64,000 bases of DNA, taken from positions 18,290,001 through 18,354,000 of the forward strand of contig NC_043012.1 in assembly GCF_006345805.1 (NCBI RefSeq), written 5' to 3'. Shown here piece by piece: positions 42,865 through 56,527 of this stretch (the first letter of the stretch is position 1; each line of letters begins with the position of its first letter). The position numbers were made by a program, and so were the translations under genes. The notes under the pieces were generated by a model. It was not told where the DNA came from. It saw nothing but the letters and a program-made list of their open reading frames with translations, and did not search any database. This DNA is from Octopus sinensis. Taxonomy: Eukaryota.

Positions 42865-43024
42865 TATATATATATCTGTCTGTCTGTCTATTAATCTGTC
42901 TATCTATTTATCTATCTGTCTATTATTATCTATCTATTTATATACCTACCTATCTGTTTGTCTGTTTATCTATCTCTCTGTCTGTCTGTCTGTCTGACTG
43001 TCTATCTATCTATCTATCTATCTA

Positions 43025-43061
<37 letters not shown>

Positions 43062-43162
43062 CTATCTATCTCTCTATCTATCTATCTATCTATCTATCTA
43101 TCGATCTGTTTATCTGTCTGTCTATCTATCTATCTATCTATATATCTATCTATCTATCTATT
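42865..43162. repeat. Degenerate (TA)/(TCTG)/(TCTA)n microsatellite
   Basis: Read directly. Confidence 0.9.
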
Positions 43163-43380
43163 TGAAGTTTTTCAGTCGATGAAATCATCGTAATATTTTA
43201 TATTTTCAATGGTTGATAATTATTATGGCATTATCATTTGAAGAACTGTCAAGTGGTGAGAGAAAAAATATACACACACACTTGCATAACATATATGTAT
43301 ATATATATTATATATATATATATATTATATATATATATATATATTATATATATATATATTATATATATATATATATATTA

Positions 43381-43601
43381 TATATACCAATTAAGGACTG
43401 AACACGAAAAGTGGACAGTCAACATGCTAGATATAGACGTCAAATCGCCATTCACCACAAAAGATTATGTTCTCAGATCAAACTCAACACAGTGTTGAGT
43501 TTGATCTGAGAACATAACCTTTTGTGGTGAATGGCGATTTGACGTCTATATCTAGCATGTTGACTGTCCACTTTTCGTGTTCAGTCCTTAATTGGTATAT
43601 A
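43381..43601. repeat. 221-bp near-perfect palindrome (110-bp arms, 1-nt spacer)
   Basis: 43381-43490 is the reverse complement of 43492-43601, with a single mismatch (43464 A / 43518 C). Confidence 0.97.
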
Positions 43602-43679
43602 TAAATATTTTAATCTTCGGATTCTTTTTTAATATGCTAGACCACTGGTCTTAATGATAAATATCAATTTCTACCCTTA

Positions 43680-43737
<58 letters not shown>

Positions 43738-43838
43738 TATACATATATATATATATATATAAGGATAAAATCACGTGAATGATTTTTATCAAGTAGTCAA
43801 TATGTTTAAAAATTTACAGGTAAGTTATACAGTAAATT

Positions 43839-43890
<52 letters not shown>

Positions 43891-43905
43891 ATATATACAT
43901 ATGCA

Positions 43906-44915
43906 TAGGGTGCGGTCAATAAATTTTCGTCTAAATTACGTAAATATGAATATAACAATCACATCTCGTTTTAACAGATATATTTACCACAATTATATTA
44001 AACTATCTTGGTATATAACAGAGTAAATTTATTCAATAAAATCGCCATTGGCTTCAACCACGGCCTCCGGATGACTACGGAATAACCTGCAACATTTCTG
44101 GAGAGTCTCCTTCTTTAAGTTGGTGAATGCTGCCACAATCATTGCCTTCAGTTCACCTGAAGGAGTTTTCTTGGTCTCTCCCTCAACTGTGCCTCGCACA
44201 TAATATTCAAGGTGATTGCAGTCTGGCTAGGTAGGTGGCCAGATTTTAGTGGTGATGTGGTCGCAGAAATTGTCTGACAGCCATGACTGAGCTCTCTTGC
44301 TTATATGGCATGGTAAAGAGTCCTGTTGTCAGACATAGGTTTTTCCAGCAGCCACCCTATTCCCCCAGGGCAACACTACCTCCGCCAGGTACTTGATGCA
44401 GCTCTCCATGTTGAATCTGAGGTCGTGTAGTAAACTCGATGGAGGTATAACTTCAACATCACTAGTCTTCACTCCAAACACCATGATGTTGACTGTTTGT
44501 TTGATTTTTATTACTCTCCATATACGTTTCGTGGACACGGCAGAAATGTTTCCTGTCTGAGAAAAAGAAAGCATGTCCGGTTGGAGGGGATAACTGAGTT
44601 TGTTCAAAAGCTTCGTAGCCCGGTTTTCCTCTTATCGCTGATGGGCTGCGATAAAATTTTTCCCATTCTCAAGTTCCATGCGGAATACAGAATGTTTTCA
44701 TGCACGGCCTGTGTGATAAGATACTCAGACACTCCTATGCCCCTAGCGAAGGTCCAGATTGACTTAAAAGGATCGTTGTAAATCAAGGCCTGGATCTCAT
44801 CAGCAAATTTGGGATTTATTTTCTTACCAGAACGATCAGAGTAAGTTTTCCGAGGTGCCGTACCTTCGTAGTCACCATTAGATTCATCCAACTCTTTCCG
44901 AATTTTCTGCAAGGA
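43906..44915 (-). mobile_element. Decayed Tc1/mariner-superfamily transposon, DD37D (maT-like) spacing, 5' end missing
   Basis: IMVFGV...VVLPW...YV*QQDSLPCHISKRAQSWLSDNFCDHITTKIWPPT*PDCNHLEYYV has 37 residues between the second D and the third acidic residue. C-terminus EAVVEANGDFIE; TIR-like agggtgcggtcaataaatt. Confidence 0.85.
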
Positions 44916-44919
44916 TGTT

Positions 44920-45217
44920 GAAGGAAACACCTATATTTCCAGAGGTGACTATTTCTAACCCCAAAGAATCCCTCTCAACACATGGGTATGTTACACCCCC
45001 ACTACTTCTGCTCGTGATCAGAGATGCACATATCGTCAGTCACTAAGGGACATGCTCAACTGGTTATTGTCAAACAACCGACAAGCAAAGCTGTGGTATT
45101 GAGCACAATATTTGCTGTAGCCCATCTTTTATATCAAGACAAAACAATTACATGATAACACTAGTAATCAGTTACGGCCAGACGCCACGAGGGCCACTGC
45201 TTGTACTACATCGGGGA

Positions 45218-45257
<40 letters not shown>

Positions 45258-45290
45258 GTTGTTGTTGTTGTTATTATGATTATTATAAGG
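44920..45290 (+). mobile_element. Unclassified retroposon 3' end terminating in (ATT)n
   Basis: Non-coding, relatively GC-rich segment that abruptly replaces the maT 5' end and ends in (att)n/(gtt)n. Class is inferred. Confidence 0.35.
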
Positions 45291-45904
45291 GTCTTTTTGA
45301 TTCTCTCTACGAAACATGTTTTATCTAAATGTTGCCCAAATAAATTTTCATTGCAGTAATTATAAAAAGAACTATAATTCACTTGAAAGAAGCTGCTCAT
45401 TTATCTAGCTCCACCCCGCGCCCCCAGAATTTAGATTAGGAAAACGAACTTCGTTTCACAAACTTTTAAAATAGTTGTTTTCAAAAGCATTACATATTTA
45501 CAACCAAGATACTTAGCACAATCAGTTATACTGCACGGCAAACCACTCTATTGTTGCGGCATCTGTGTTATGTGTGTTGGTGCAATATTATTTGCGTGAA
45601 AAGTTATGGATGGCAATTGCGCCGAACTATATGCAGTGTCAAATGTGTTGCATTATTGATTGCCAGTTGCCTAATCAGCGGAGGAACGGCATGGCCCAAC
45701 ATCCTTCATTTCTTTTCTGACTAATGAAGAGAGAGGAGTGAATTCTAGTTTTATCATGGTAGTGGCGTATTGTTTGCAGCTATATAGATCCCGCTAAACC
45801 TTCGTGATGGTTTTCAACTGGACGACGGAATCTGTGTGCTTTTTTAGTGGCAGTTTCATATAATAAAATGAAAAGAAATGTCTTTCTTATATCATTTATT
45901 AGGT

Positions 45905-45955
<51 letters not shown>

Positions 45956-47337
45956 GACACTTCGAAATCCAAACATATGACACACATTTTCTAAGCAAAG
46001 ATTCTATTAAAGTAGACGTACTTCTTATTTAACAAGTATTAATCTATCAACTATGGAAATATAATAGTTAAGTAATAGTTAATGAATATTCCCCACAGGA
46101 TAGCAAGGCATTTAAAATATCTTACAGATTCCATTAAACTACCAACGATTCACAAATAATATAATACGAAGTCGCAATGAATAATTCAGGATACTGCTAT
46201 TTCGAATTTCTTTTGTAGATGATTTAAAATATTCATGATTCAAAACAATGAATTATATACAGGTTTTATGAAATCAAAGCTGGTTTCAAATCTAGCTGAC
46301 GCCGCACAATTTCATTGTCAAAGGAAAATACTCCAAATATGTTTGTGGTATCTAAAAATCAAATCTGATATTTCAAAAATGTATCTATAAGTTAGAACCG
46401 AGTTGACATAGCAATGCAAAAGGTTTCATAGATATGTCGCTTAGCAAATTCCTAATAAATGAAACAGGCTTAGAAAGTAATTTTATCCTCAGAGAATAAA
46501 CAAAATATATAATAACGTTATCTCATTAAAAATGCTACCTCCGGAAAGAGCAGTAACACCAACAACAAAATCAACTACAATTAGTATGACCAAAAAATTG
46601 TGAGGAGATGATGAAAGGAATCTTTCCTCTTGAAGTTCATTTTCCCATCTCTCAAGAAGGTAAACAATGAGAAGAAAGAGAAAATAACTAAACACAGAGT
46701 TTTGCTAGGGTTTTGATGAATCTCATGTAGGAAATTAAAACATCAATAAAGCCGAATAGCTGCAGCGATTAAATAAATCATTGTAAAATATAAAGAAAAG
46801 AAAATAAATATGAGAAAAAAAGAAGAAAAAAAAAACAGAAGTTATTTCTGTAATTGCGTTCCAACTACCTCTGTCCATCTTTTTTTTTCTTTCTCTTAGA
46901 ATGAAAGGATTGATAGAATGGAGAAAAGGATTCCACATAAAGATTGTTGACGATAAGTCGACATACAAGAATAATACAAGGTACTAAAACAGTTTATTGA
47001 CAAATGTCAGGAATTGTAAAGAACGCCGGATCAATTATATATAGCTATGACCTCAAACAAATAAACCAGCTAATCTTTGCACCGTCAAGAGTGGAAGTAA
47101 CTGTAGAGGGCATAGATAATTTAGCATTACAATGAAACATGAGAAATAACTACAAGACAAAAATGCGATTCTACAAAACATGGAAGCTAACATTCAAAGA
47201 GAAACCATTTGGGCAAGGAAGTGTGTCAGTTACGAATAATTTTTTGTTTGCTTTCTTTTTTTCTTTAAGCAAAACAAAGATCTGAAAATAGAATATTATA
47301 CAAACACGAACTCTATATGAATTCTATAAACAATCGA

Positions 47338-47423
<86 letters not shown>

Positions 47424-47657
47424 ATATATGTATATATATATATATATATATCTATAAAATACATTTATATGTATGTATAAATGTATATATACGCATATAT
47501 ATATATACATACACTGCACAGCATGTATATGTGTTGTATATTTATGCGTGTGTTTGTGCACGTGTGTATATACGTATATATGTATATACATGTATATATA
47601 TATATATACATACATATATATACATATATACATGCATACACACATACACACATACAT

Positions 47658-47733
<76 letters not shown>

Positions 47734-47949
47734 GTCACGATAGGACAAAAACATATCTGTACTTTAAAAATAGGAGAAAAGAAAATAACGTTATTGATCG
47801 CGACTGTGAGAAACAAGAGATACATTACATTTATTTTTACAGTAAAATTCGTGATTGACATAAAGAAATTAAAATACAAACTGAAACGGACATCATGATT
47901 TTAATGATGGTGACGATGATGATGACGATAAAGATGATGATGATGATGT

Positions 47950-47995
<46 letters not shown>

Positions 47996-48536
47996 AAGGA
48001 GCGGTAGGAGGAGGTGCAGGGGCGGTAAGGAAGTTGGAGGCGTATACAAAGATAAGAGTAGCCTGTAAGGAAGGCGATAATATTGCTGCGGTAAAGCACA
48101 CAAATAATGCTGGCGCTATGACGGAGAACAGACTACATTGTTAAACGTAGCAGGGGAATCGTGGGAAAGAAATAAAAAAAAGGTAAAGCATTAAGTCAGA
48201 GGTTGGAAGGAACAGAAGAATGAAGAGGAGATAAAGAATGAGATGTCATCCATCAAATTCGAAGTACAATACATGAATCGGTTTCTATAATTATCGATGA
48301 TTTTTGCTGTAGTCTGTCTATATTCGTTTTCGTTGTTTGCACTCTGATATGATTCATCAATGTAAAGACAAGGGTAAAAGTTTGAGCTGATATTTTCACT
48401 TAGAAATTTTTACAAAAAATTTTCAAATATATGGGTACCCTGCAGGAACTCTTAAAGATAGAGATCTTTTCGTTACATATTGTCTTTCTCTCAAACTTTC
48501 TCTCATTGTCACCCTACATATATACATAAATGGATG

Positions 48537-48590
<54 letters not shown>

Positions 48591-48941
48591 CATGTGCGAG
48601 TATGCGCTTGTGTTTGTGTGTGGGTGCGTAAGTGTGTATGTTTGTGTATGTGCGTGCGTGTGTGTGTATGTGATTGTAATGTGTGTGTTTGTGTAGATAT
48701 ATATGTCTCTACGTTCGTGTGAACTGCATCTATCAAGATATTTTTGCTTGTTCTTCACTAAGTGTTCATGTACGTATGTGATTTTTATTGTGTATATATA
48801 GGCGCAGGATGGCTTGTTTACCAACCGCGTGGCACCTTGGGCAAGTGTCTTCTACAACAGCCTTGGGCCGACCAAAAACTTATGAGTGGATTTGGAACAC
48901 GGAAACTGAAAGAAGCCCATCGTATATATATATATATATGT

Positions 48942-49660
48942 AGCATAGTAACTGATTCACAAATACGACTAGAGCAACCCCCTTCCTTAAACTAATAGAA
49001 AATGGAATCACAAGAGCATTGGAACTAGACATCGCACAACACAGGACACCTAAAACAAAAAACAAAGAAAACATTATCCCTTTTATAAACACGCACAACC
49101 TTGGAGTTACCAACCATACATTTAAACCTGCCAATAGCCTTACAAAGCCCCAAAATGAAAAACATATTAAACAAATATAGCATAAAAAACAGTAGACGAC
49201 AGGGCAAAAACCTAAAGAAACACCTAACAAGAGCGAAACTAAAACGGAATTCTTTGCAAAAGAGTGCGGAGATGGTAGATGTGGGATCTGCAGCAACCCC
49301 ACCTACAAATACATAGAGGGAAACAGAGAGATGAGATTTAAAAGTGGTTACGTATTTAAGGTAAATGCAGATATGAACTGCAAGACGCAGAACGTTATAT
49401 ACTGCATAACCTGCCCCACGTACAAGGAGGATTACCAGGTGAAACTGGTAATTCTTTGTGCCAGCGAGCCAGCATTCACCGACAACATGTTCGGCAGGAA
49501 GAACTAAGCAAGATACCACGAAGTACACACCTAGCTACGTGTGGAGAAGGAAAGTTTAAGATCTTTCTCTTCTACAAATGTTCGAAGAACGACACCTCTT
49601 TCAGGAGGAATATGGAAAAATATTTCATAGCTAAGTTCTCCCCCAAATTAAATGACTGAA
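48942..49660 (+). mobile_element. Penelope-like element (Neptune-type) C-terminus: zinc finger plus GIY-YIG endonuclease relic
   Basis: KNSRRQGKNLKKHLTRAKL; KCGDGRCGIC; FKVNADMNCKTQNVIYCITCPT; RASIHRQHVRQ...RRNMEKYFIAKFSPKLND*. Begins after (TA)n. Confidence 0.85.
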
Positions 49661-49679
49661 ATTTTACTCATTCATACAT

Positions 49680-49937
49680 TGAAGGACATATCTTTTGATT
49701 TACAATGTAATATAGTAGAACATTTAGTATATGTGTGTATATGTATATATATGTGTGTATATATATATATTACCTGTTATATACATTATATTATTTTTGT
49801 AATTTACTTAATCTTTACTTTTTAATTGTCATTTTAATTTTAACTTTCCTATGATATGCAATTTTCAAGATGGTGGAATTTGATTGATCATTTTGAATCG
49901 ATAAAAGGTGTTTTTTTCTAATATTTCATGTATAAGC

Positions 49938-50000
<63 letters not shown>

Positions 50001-50050
50001 CAATGAAGGACACATCATTCGATTTACAATTTAATATAGTAGAACATTTA

Positions 50051-50103
<53 letters not shown>

Positions 50104-50285
50104 GGTGTATATTGCCTGTTATATACATTATATTATTTTTGTAATTTACTTAATCTTTACTTTTTAATTGTCATTTTAATTTAAACTTTCCTATGATATG
50201 CAAGTTTCAAGATGGTTTAATTTAATTGTTCATTTTGAATCGATGAAAGGTGTTTTTTCTAATGTTTTATGTATAAGCATGTATA
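49680..50285 (+). repeat. Tandem direct repeat of about 270 bp (49680-49945 and 50003-50285), pseudo-LTR-like 3' region of the PLE
   Basis: Both copies run tgaaggaca..gatttacaat..aatatagtagaacatttagtata ... gtataagcatgtatata and are separated by (TA)n. Confidence 0.9.
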
Positions 50286-51022
50286 TATATATATAGTGGA
50301 ATAAATATCAACACAATTTTTCCCCTTCCTCCCAATGCACATACTTGTTTGCATTGTCTATGAGGTGCCTTTTTTTCTCTCTTCCCTTCTCCAAACTCAC
50401 AGACACCCACACACGCACACAAACACACACGGACACACACACACACCTCCACAAAACTTTCATAAAAAGTGGAAAGAATTCTTAAACCCATTAAACACAC
50501 ACACAGTCTCTCACAATGATAAAAGGAAATATAATTTATGACCTACCTCCCCGCCACCACACACTCAATGACACTGTGAAATGGTCAAAACTGAAATTCT
50601 TTCTTTGTTTCCAAGGCCTTAGAAACCCCTTGGAGTCAATACTCTGTCCAGCAGACCAAAAAAATATTTTTCTTCTCCTTCCCTCTCCCTTCCCCTCTTT
50701 TTCTTTAGCACTCACCCCAGATACAAAAACACACACACACACACACACATACACACATATTCTCTCTCTCACTTTCTCCTCATCCATCACTCTCTTGTAC
50801 TGTCTTATATTCCTCCCCACCACTACAAACTATATAAAATGTTCAAAACTCCTCACACAGGAACTTAGTTTGATTTGAAAACCCCACTAGAATGGGAGAA
50901 AGCGCTAATGATCTAAGTGATATGATATATATATAAAAATGTAATATACAAATAAATATCTGTAAATATAAACCATCCGATCTTCTGAGTACCTCATTTC
51001 TTCTAATATATATATATATATA

Positions 51023-51090
51023 CTAGCTGAAGGTGACCCGCTCTACGCGCGGGTAAGTGTGTGGTTGTTACTTTCTGTTGCTTCCTTTCA
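51023..51090 (-). mobile_element. Helitron 3' terminus
   Basis: Minus strand: hairpin acccgc-gcgtaga-gcgggt (51036-51054), then caccttcagCTAG followed by T of (TA)n. The 5' end was not located. Confidence 0.7.
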
Positions 51091-51401
51091 GCACGTAAAA
51101 AGCACCATCCGAACGTGGCGGAATGCAGCGCCGCCTTGACTGGCTTCTGTGCTGGTGGCACGTAAAAAGCACCAACCGATCGTGGCCGCTGCCAGGACCC
51201 TTGGCACCTGTGCCGGCGGCACGAAAAAGCACCCACTACGCTCACAGAGTGGTTGGCGTTAGGAAGGGCATCCACCCGTAGAAACACTGCCAGATCAGAC
51301 TGGAGCCTGGTGCAGCCTCCTGGCTTCCCAGACCCCTGTCAAACTGTCCAACCCGTGCTAGCACAGAAAACGGACGTTAAACGATGATGATGATGATGAT
51401 T
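51090..51401 (+). mobile_element. SINE/LINE 3' portion with RTE/Expander-like tail and internal repeats
   Basis: Three gcacg(t)aaaaagcacc repeats, ggttggcgttaggaagggcatcc, and a terminal aacccgtgctagcacagaaaacggacgttaaac(gat)n. Confidence 0.7.
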
Positions 51402-52029
51402 CCCCCTCTTTGTTTCTCTCTCCTTTCTCTCTCACTCTCCCACTCTCTTACTCTTCCTTTCTCTCGGACTCGCTTTCTCTTACTCTCTATCTTTATCTAT
51501 CTCTCTCCCATTTATAAACAACAAAAGATCTTGAGTAAGTTGAGAAATAAAATATTTAGAAAGATCAATCATAAATATCAGGCAGTAACAACGGAAAGGT
51601 CTGCTTGAAGGCAGACAGCAAAACACTATCTCTGTCACACTCATACGCTACACATGCCTTTCTCGCTTGTTTTCCATGCTCAGTGTGCCCTTGTAAACAC
51701 AACTCATCTCTGTAAGACCCTAGGTCGGTCACGCATACATAGAGAAAGTTGTTTGTCCCTTACAACGCGCCAGCATGCCACACTTTTGTTCCTGCACGAC
51801 CGAGGCATATAATAACTCAAGCACTGGCTGGCAGCCTCAGGCTTACCGCATTAATCACTGGGATATTCAATACTGTACACTGTATTTCAGCCTAGCAAGC
51901 CCTATTGCACTCATGCACCTCTTTTCTGCACGTGTACTCCCTTGTTTTGCAACACGTCTGCGTCAGCTCAATTCTTCTCCCGACTCAAAACACTTCGGAT
52001 GTTCACATGCGCTGCGCTCAACGGTTATC

Positions 52030-53720
52030 TGAAGGAAGGAGGGTTGGCATTTGAAGCTGCATTGGTTTGTAGGTGGTGTTACGGATGAACTTGTGAGGGG
52101 ATTGCTATTTAGTGAGGTATCGGTGTTAGGTTCGTTATTCATTCTAGCGTTAAGATAAGTATTTGTTAAGGAGTTAATGAGTTAATTTGTTAAGGAGTTT
52201 TGTCGGGATTGTATAATAAGATAGTTATTGTGTCTCATGGTATACCGTGTTGTTCTCTATTTTTACAGGAGTTGTTGTTGAGCGCTGTGATAAACTTAAA
52301 GATTAGGTATTAGCAGTGGATTTATAGTTGGGATTATGAGGGTTAGTATTGCGAAGAGGGCTGATTGGTGTTTTACATTTATATGTATAGAGCTGGGGGT
52401 TATGTTGAGTTAATTTATTAGGGTGGATGTTAGATGGCTGTCGATTGCTAGGTTTCTTGTCCATAAAATGTCGGATAACTCTGGCAATGCTGGTGCTGGA
52501 TGAGTAGGAACATTTCATAGATGGGAGGTTAAATATGTTTCTAAGGAGGCTTGTTTTAGGGAAATGATTTTTGGGCAAGGCGAAAAATGTTTGGGTGCTT
52601 CAGTCTGAAAGTTAAGGACGAAGGTGGAAGCAGATTATGTCACGGGTTCTATTTCGTTGAATCCGATAAGGTGGATTACCTGAATGGAGATAGGGTTTTG
52701 GAGGTTATGCTGGTGTTTGTTTCAGTGGATTATGGTGTATGTAGGATTTGGGGGTCATCTGGTAGGGGGTTATGTTTATAAAATGGGCGTGCGGAACTGC
52801 TTTCTGTTCAGGGTTTAATGGAGAGAGGAATATCCAACATGGAGAGACATTCAATTGCGTATTTATAGTCGGCACATTGTAGGGTACAATTGTAATATTC
52901 AGTATATTGATAGAAAACTATTTATTAGCACATAGTGAGGAGATCCGGTAGGAAACGCTTTCCACAATAGACTTTAGGACGGAAAGGGGGCTGCAGGAGA
53001 AGTTCACGTAGTGGAGGTTTTCCTCAGGTTTAGGATATGGGTCGAATCTTTGGTTTTGCAAGACCAGGGTTACATTTTAGAAATTCACAGTTTTCATGTT
53101 GTTACTGAAGGATACGCTGAGGCCGACATTTAAAAACAATATCTTCTAAACATTTCTGTAATCGGTTCGATTTTTCGGTTGCTAGAATTTTAGATTGTGA
53201 ACAGAGCATCGTCTCTCTATAGATCACTGGAGATGTTAAGAAATCTTTTATAGAGACCTTTACGTTGGTAGAGTCCTATGCTGTCAGTGACTTGGCCGTA
53301 GTCACTTGCTCCCATGGGGATGTCGAAAAATTGGGTCTATCATTGCGGGTCCAGGATTTTCCATCAAATTGTATGATATTTCGGCTGGCTGCTAATATAA
53401 TATCAAAATCGTCGCGTGATAGGTTGGAATACTTTTTGGCGAAAATTAGGGCCTTATTGAGATTAGAAGTGCTGGAATTGTATTGATCAATATCGACTTG
53501 ACATGCGTCAACATGTACATCCTTATGACAATGTAGCTTTTAATTTAATCCTTGACCTCAAGAAATGCCAGCGGTATGCATCTCGCTTGGATGTTTCCCA
53601 TCTTTGAGATTCCACCCGCTATGAAACATATGTAGCCTGGATCTTACTGACTACACTCCGTAACTTTTGTATTCCTATTCGCACTCCGCAGCACTGGTCA
53701 CCTAATGTGAAATATATAAA
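52030..53720 (-). mobile_element. Penelope-like element reverse transcriptase relic
   Basis: Minus strand: VDIDQYNSST (FDI..YPSI-like), FDIPMGASDYGQVTD, YR/DDAL (YxDD, frameshifted, about 53205-53222), and HFPKTSLLRNIFNLPSMKCSYS (the HFP..L.KIFN..K.SYS motif of PLEs). Confidence 0.75.
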
Positions 53721-55617
53721 GAACTTTTTTCCGCTGATTGTTCTTCGATACGAAAAAAATCAACAATCTTCCGTCTCAATACAATTGTCACTGAATGTTG
53801 TTTTTATTGTATTTACTACAGATTGCTTGAGGCTAACTTTATTCCTATACCTCGATCATTGGATCTTACATTTTTATATGTGTATGTGTGCGTTTTGTGT
53901 ATGTGTGTGTTATATTCAGGGTGTGTTTATGTGTGAATATTATAATTAATACTGGAGTAGTTACTAAGTTGATTCGAGATTCTTCACAAGACAATGAGTG
54001 ATTTGTTTATTATATTGGCTGCAAATTTATCTACGTCTATTTATATATCTCTTTCGAGCGACAGTTGTCCGTGTTTCACTTTACATTGAGAAATACGATT
54101 ACAATTCTGCATTTCTATATTTCCCATAGCAACGAATATATTCCAAATTACTTCAGAACAAATTCATTCCTCTAATCAAACACTGATGCACTTGTATGGA
54201 TACTGCCTTAAGCTTTCAAAATAATAGTTCCATTCATAATTTTTGATACATCTATTGCAGTCAACCTTAATGTTTCATTGGTTGTTTATACATCAGGTGT
54301 TATATATGTTTTTTTATTATTTCATATGGAGTACATATAAATCGCTTTTGTTTATTATTTCATCGATAAATGATGCACAAATTTGCATGCATGATTCATA
54401 GAGAGACTTACATAATGAAACAACCAAAACATGTATTTACACACTTATATTCATTGTTACGTCTTCTGATACGAGTAATTTGTGTGTGTGCATGCATGTA
54501 TTACACAGACATATATATAAGCTATCACATACAGACACGTATACACACATATATACATATCTACACAAACTCACACACACACACACACATATATATACAT
54601 GTATGTATGTATATATGCCATTCAGGTTATTTCCAGGTTTATCGCCAACAGAGAAAAAAACTGTTTCTAATCTAGATACAATTTCTTTCATTGGGGCATG
54701 TATGTATGTATCTATGTATGTATATGTGTTTGTCTGTGTATGTGTATATGTATGAATGTATGTATGTGTGTTTGTCTGTGTATATCTATGAATGTATTTA
54801 TGTGGATGAATGGAAGGACAGACGGGTTTTTGTATGAATGGCTGGTTGGATTCATATAAATTTGGAACAAAGATTGTAAATTTGTGATTCACTGCGAATT
54901 GTGTTTGGTATTTCAAACTTCTATTACCAAGGTTACTCAGGTTTACAATTCCATCATCCAACTAAAATTTCTATTTTGTAATGTTGCTTGCCACTGAATT
55001 GAAACCTAGACGAGTCTACATTGGTTTATGTATTAATCTCCGTCTTGAGGTCGGTACCCTGTATGCATATGCTTCGGATATAAATTTTATCCTAATCGGA
55101 ATTCATCCTAATCGGAACCCTTAGAATTCATCACATGAATAGGTAATATGAAATACTTTTACGCACCTTATGTTTATCAAACCAGTTTTCCGGGCCGTGT
55201 CTCTTTACTAAGAGGAACTGCACAATAGTATGATAAATTATCTTTGCATCGTATCGAACGAGAGTTACGTTCTGGAAAGTAATGCTTCACTATACAACCC
55301 GCTGAGTGAGATACCAGATTCCGGTGTCTTTAATTATATCGTTACTGTTTCATTTCAGTGGATTCAGTAACTTATAAATAATAGAGATAAATCACAATAT
55401 ATTTAAAATTCCGTCCAGGTGGGTTTTGTCTGTAGGATATGAGAAATATACCTCTTAATTTTATGTGCGTATCTTGTTTCATTTGTTACGTATTGCCATC
55501 GTAAAACATAAAGTGAACTTACATGCGTTCATAACCGTGATAAACTGCATATGTATGAGCTTGCATAGTAGTGAGGGATCATCTGCAATCGTTTTACGCT
55601 GTATCTGGTGTTATTTA

Positions 55618-55950
55618 TTTATTCTTTTCTACTATAGGCATAAGGCCCAAAATTTTGGGGGAGGTGGCAAAGTCGAACTCGGATGAATTTAAACTTAGAA
55701 CGTATTGATAGACGGAGTACCTATTTCTTTACTACCCACAAGTGACTAAACACAGAGGGGACAAACAAGGACACGCAAACGTGTTAAGTCGATTACATTG
55801 GCCCCAGTGCGTAACTGGTACTTGCTTAATCGACACCGAAAGGATGAAAGGCAAACTCGACCTCGGAGGAATTTGAACTCAGGACATAACGGCAGACGAA
55901 ATACCGGTAAGCGTTTCGCCCAGGGTGATAACATTTCTGCCTGCTCACTG
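55618..55950 (-). mobile_element. Two-unit MetaSINE-like SINE: full unit with tail B joined to a partial unit with tail A
   Basis: Reverse complement: head...core...ttgtgggtagtaaagaaata|ggtactccgtc...cgactttgcc..cccccaaaattttgggccttatgcctatagtagaaaag. Junction at 55722/55721. Confidence 0.8.
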
Positions 55951-56231
55951 ATGTTAATTATTTATGCAATTTCAAACTTATGATTATTGTTAAAATTCCT
56001 CTCTGAAATGAAGGTTGCAAATGACAAGGAAAAGATATTTCCGAAGGATTTTGGCTATAGTTTCCGCAAATACACATGCATAACACAGCAATATCTTGGA
56101 AAAGAGCATCCAAATATACGAGACTTTGTAGTTTAATATAATGTTGCTCAATACAATGTCAAGTATCAGAAGACATTTGAAGACTGACTTGGAAATATTG
56201 TGTTTTAATCTTGTCTTTACAATGTATTTTT

Positions 56232-56271
<40 letters not shown>

Positions 56272-56297
56272 ACATATATATATATAATATATAGAAG

Positions 56298-56527
56298 GCG
56301 GCGAGCTGGCAGAAATGTTAGCACGCCGGGCAAAATGCGTTGCCGTAGTTCGTCTGCCGTTACGTTCCGAGTTCAAATTCCGCCGAGGTCGACTTTGCCT
56401 TTCATCCTTCCGGGATCGATAAATTAAGTACCAGTTACGCACTGGGGTCGATGTAATCGACTTATTCCGTTTGTCTGTCCTTGTTTGTCTCCTCTGTGTT
56501 TAGCCCCTTGTGGGTAGTAAAGAAATA
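56298..56527 (+). mobile_element. Well-preserved MetaSINE-like SINE with tail B (Tx1-like 3' end), in (TA)n
   Basis: ggcggcgagctggcagaa.. box B-like gagttcaaattcc, core gactttgcctttcatccttccgggatcgataaattaagtaccag, tail tctgtgtttagccccttgtgggtagtaaagaaat. Confidence 0.9.

Noticed and set aside
51090-51235. Three spaced gcacgtaaaaagcacc repeats, superficially CRISPR-like
   Set aside because: Internal tandem repeats of a retroposon; spacers are related to each other, the context is eukaryotic and there are no cas genes.
56298-56390. tRNA-like box A/B sequence as a tRNA gene
   Set aside because: No complete cloverleaf; it continues into the SINE core and tail and is multi-copy in the window.
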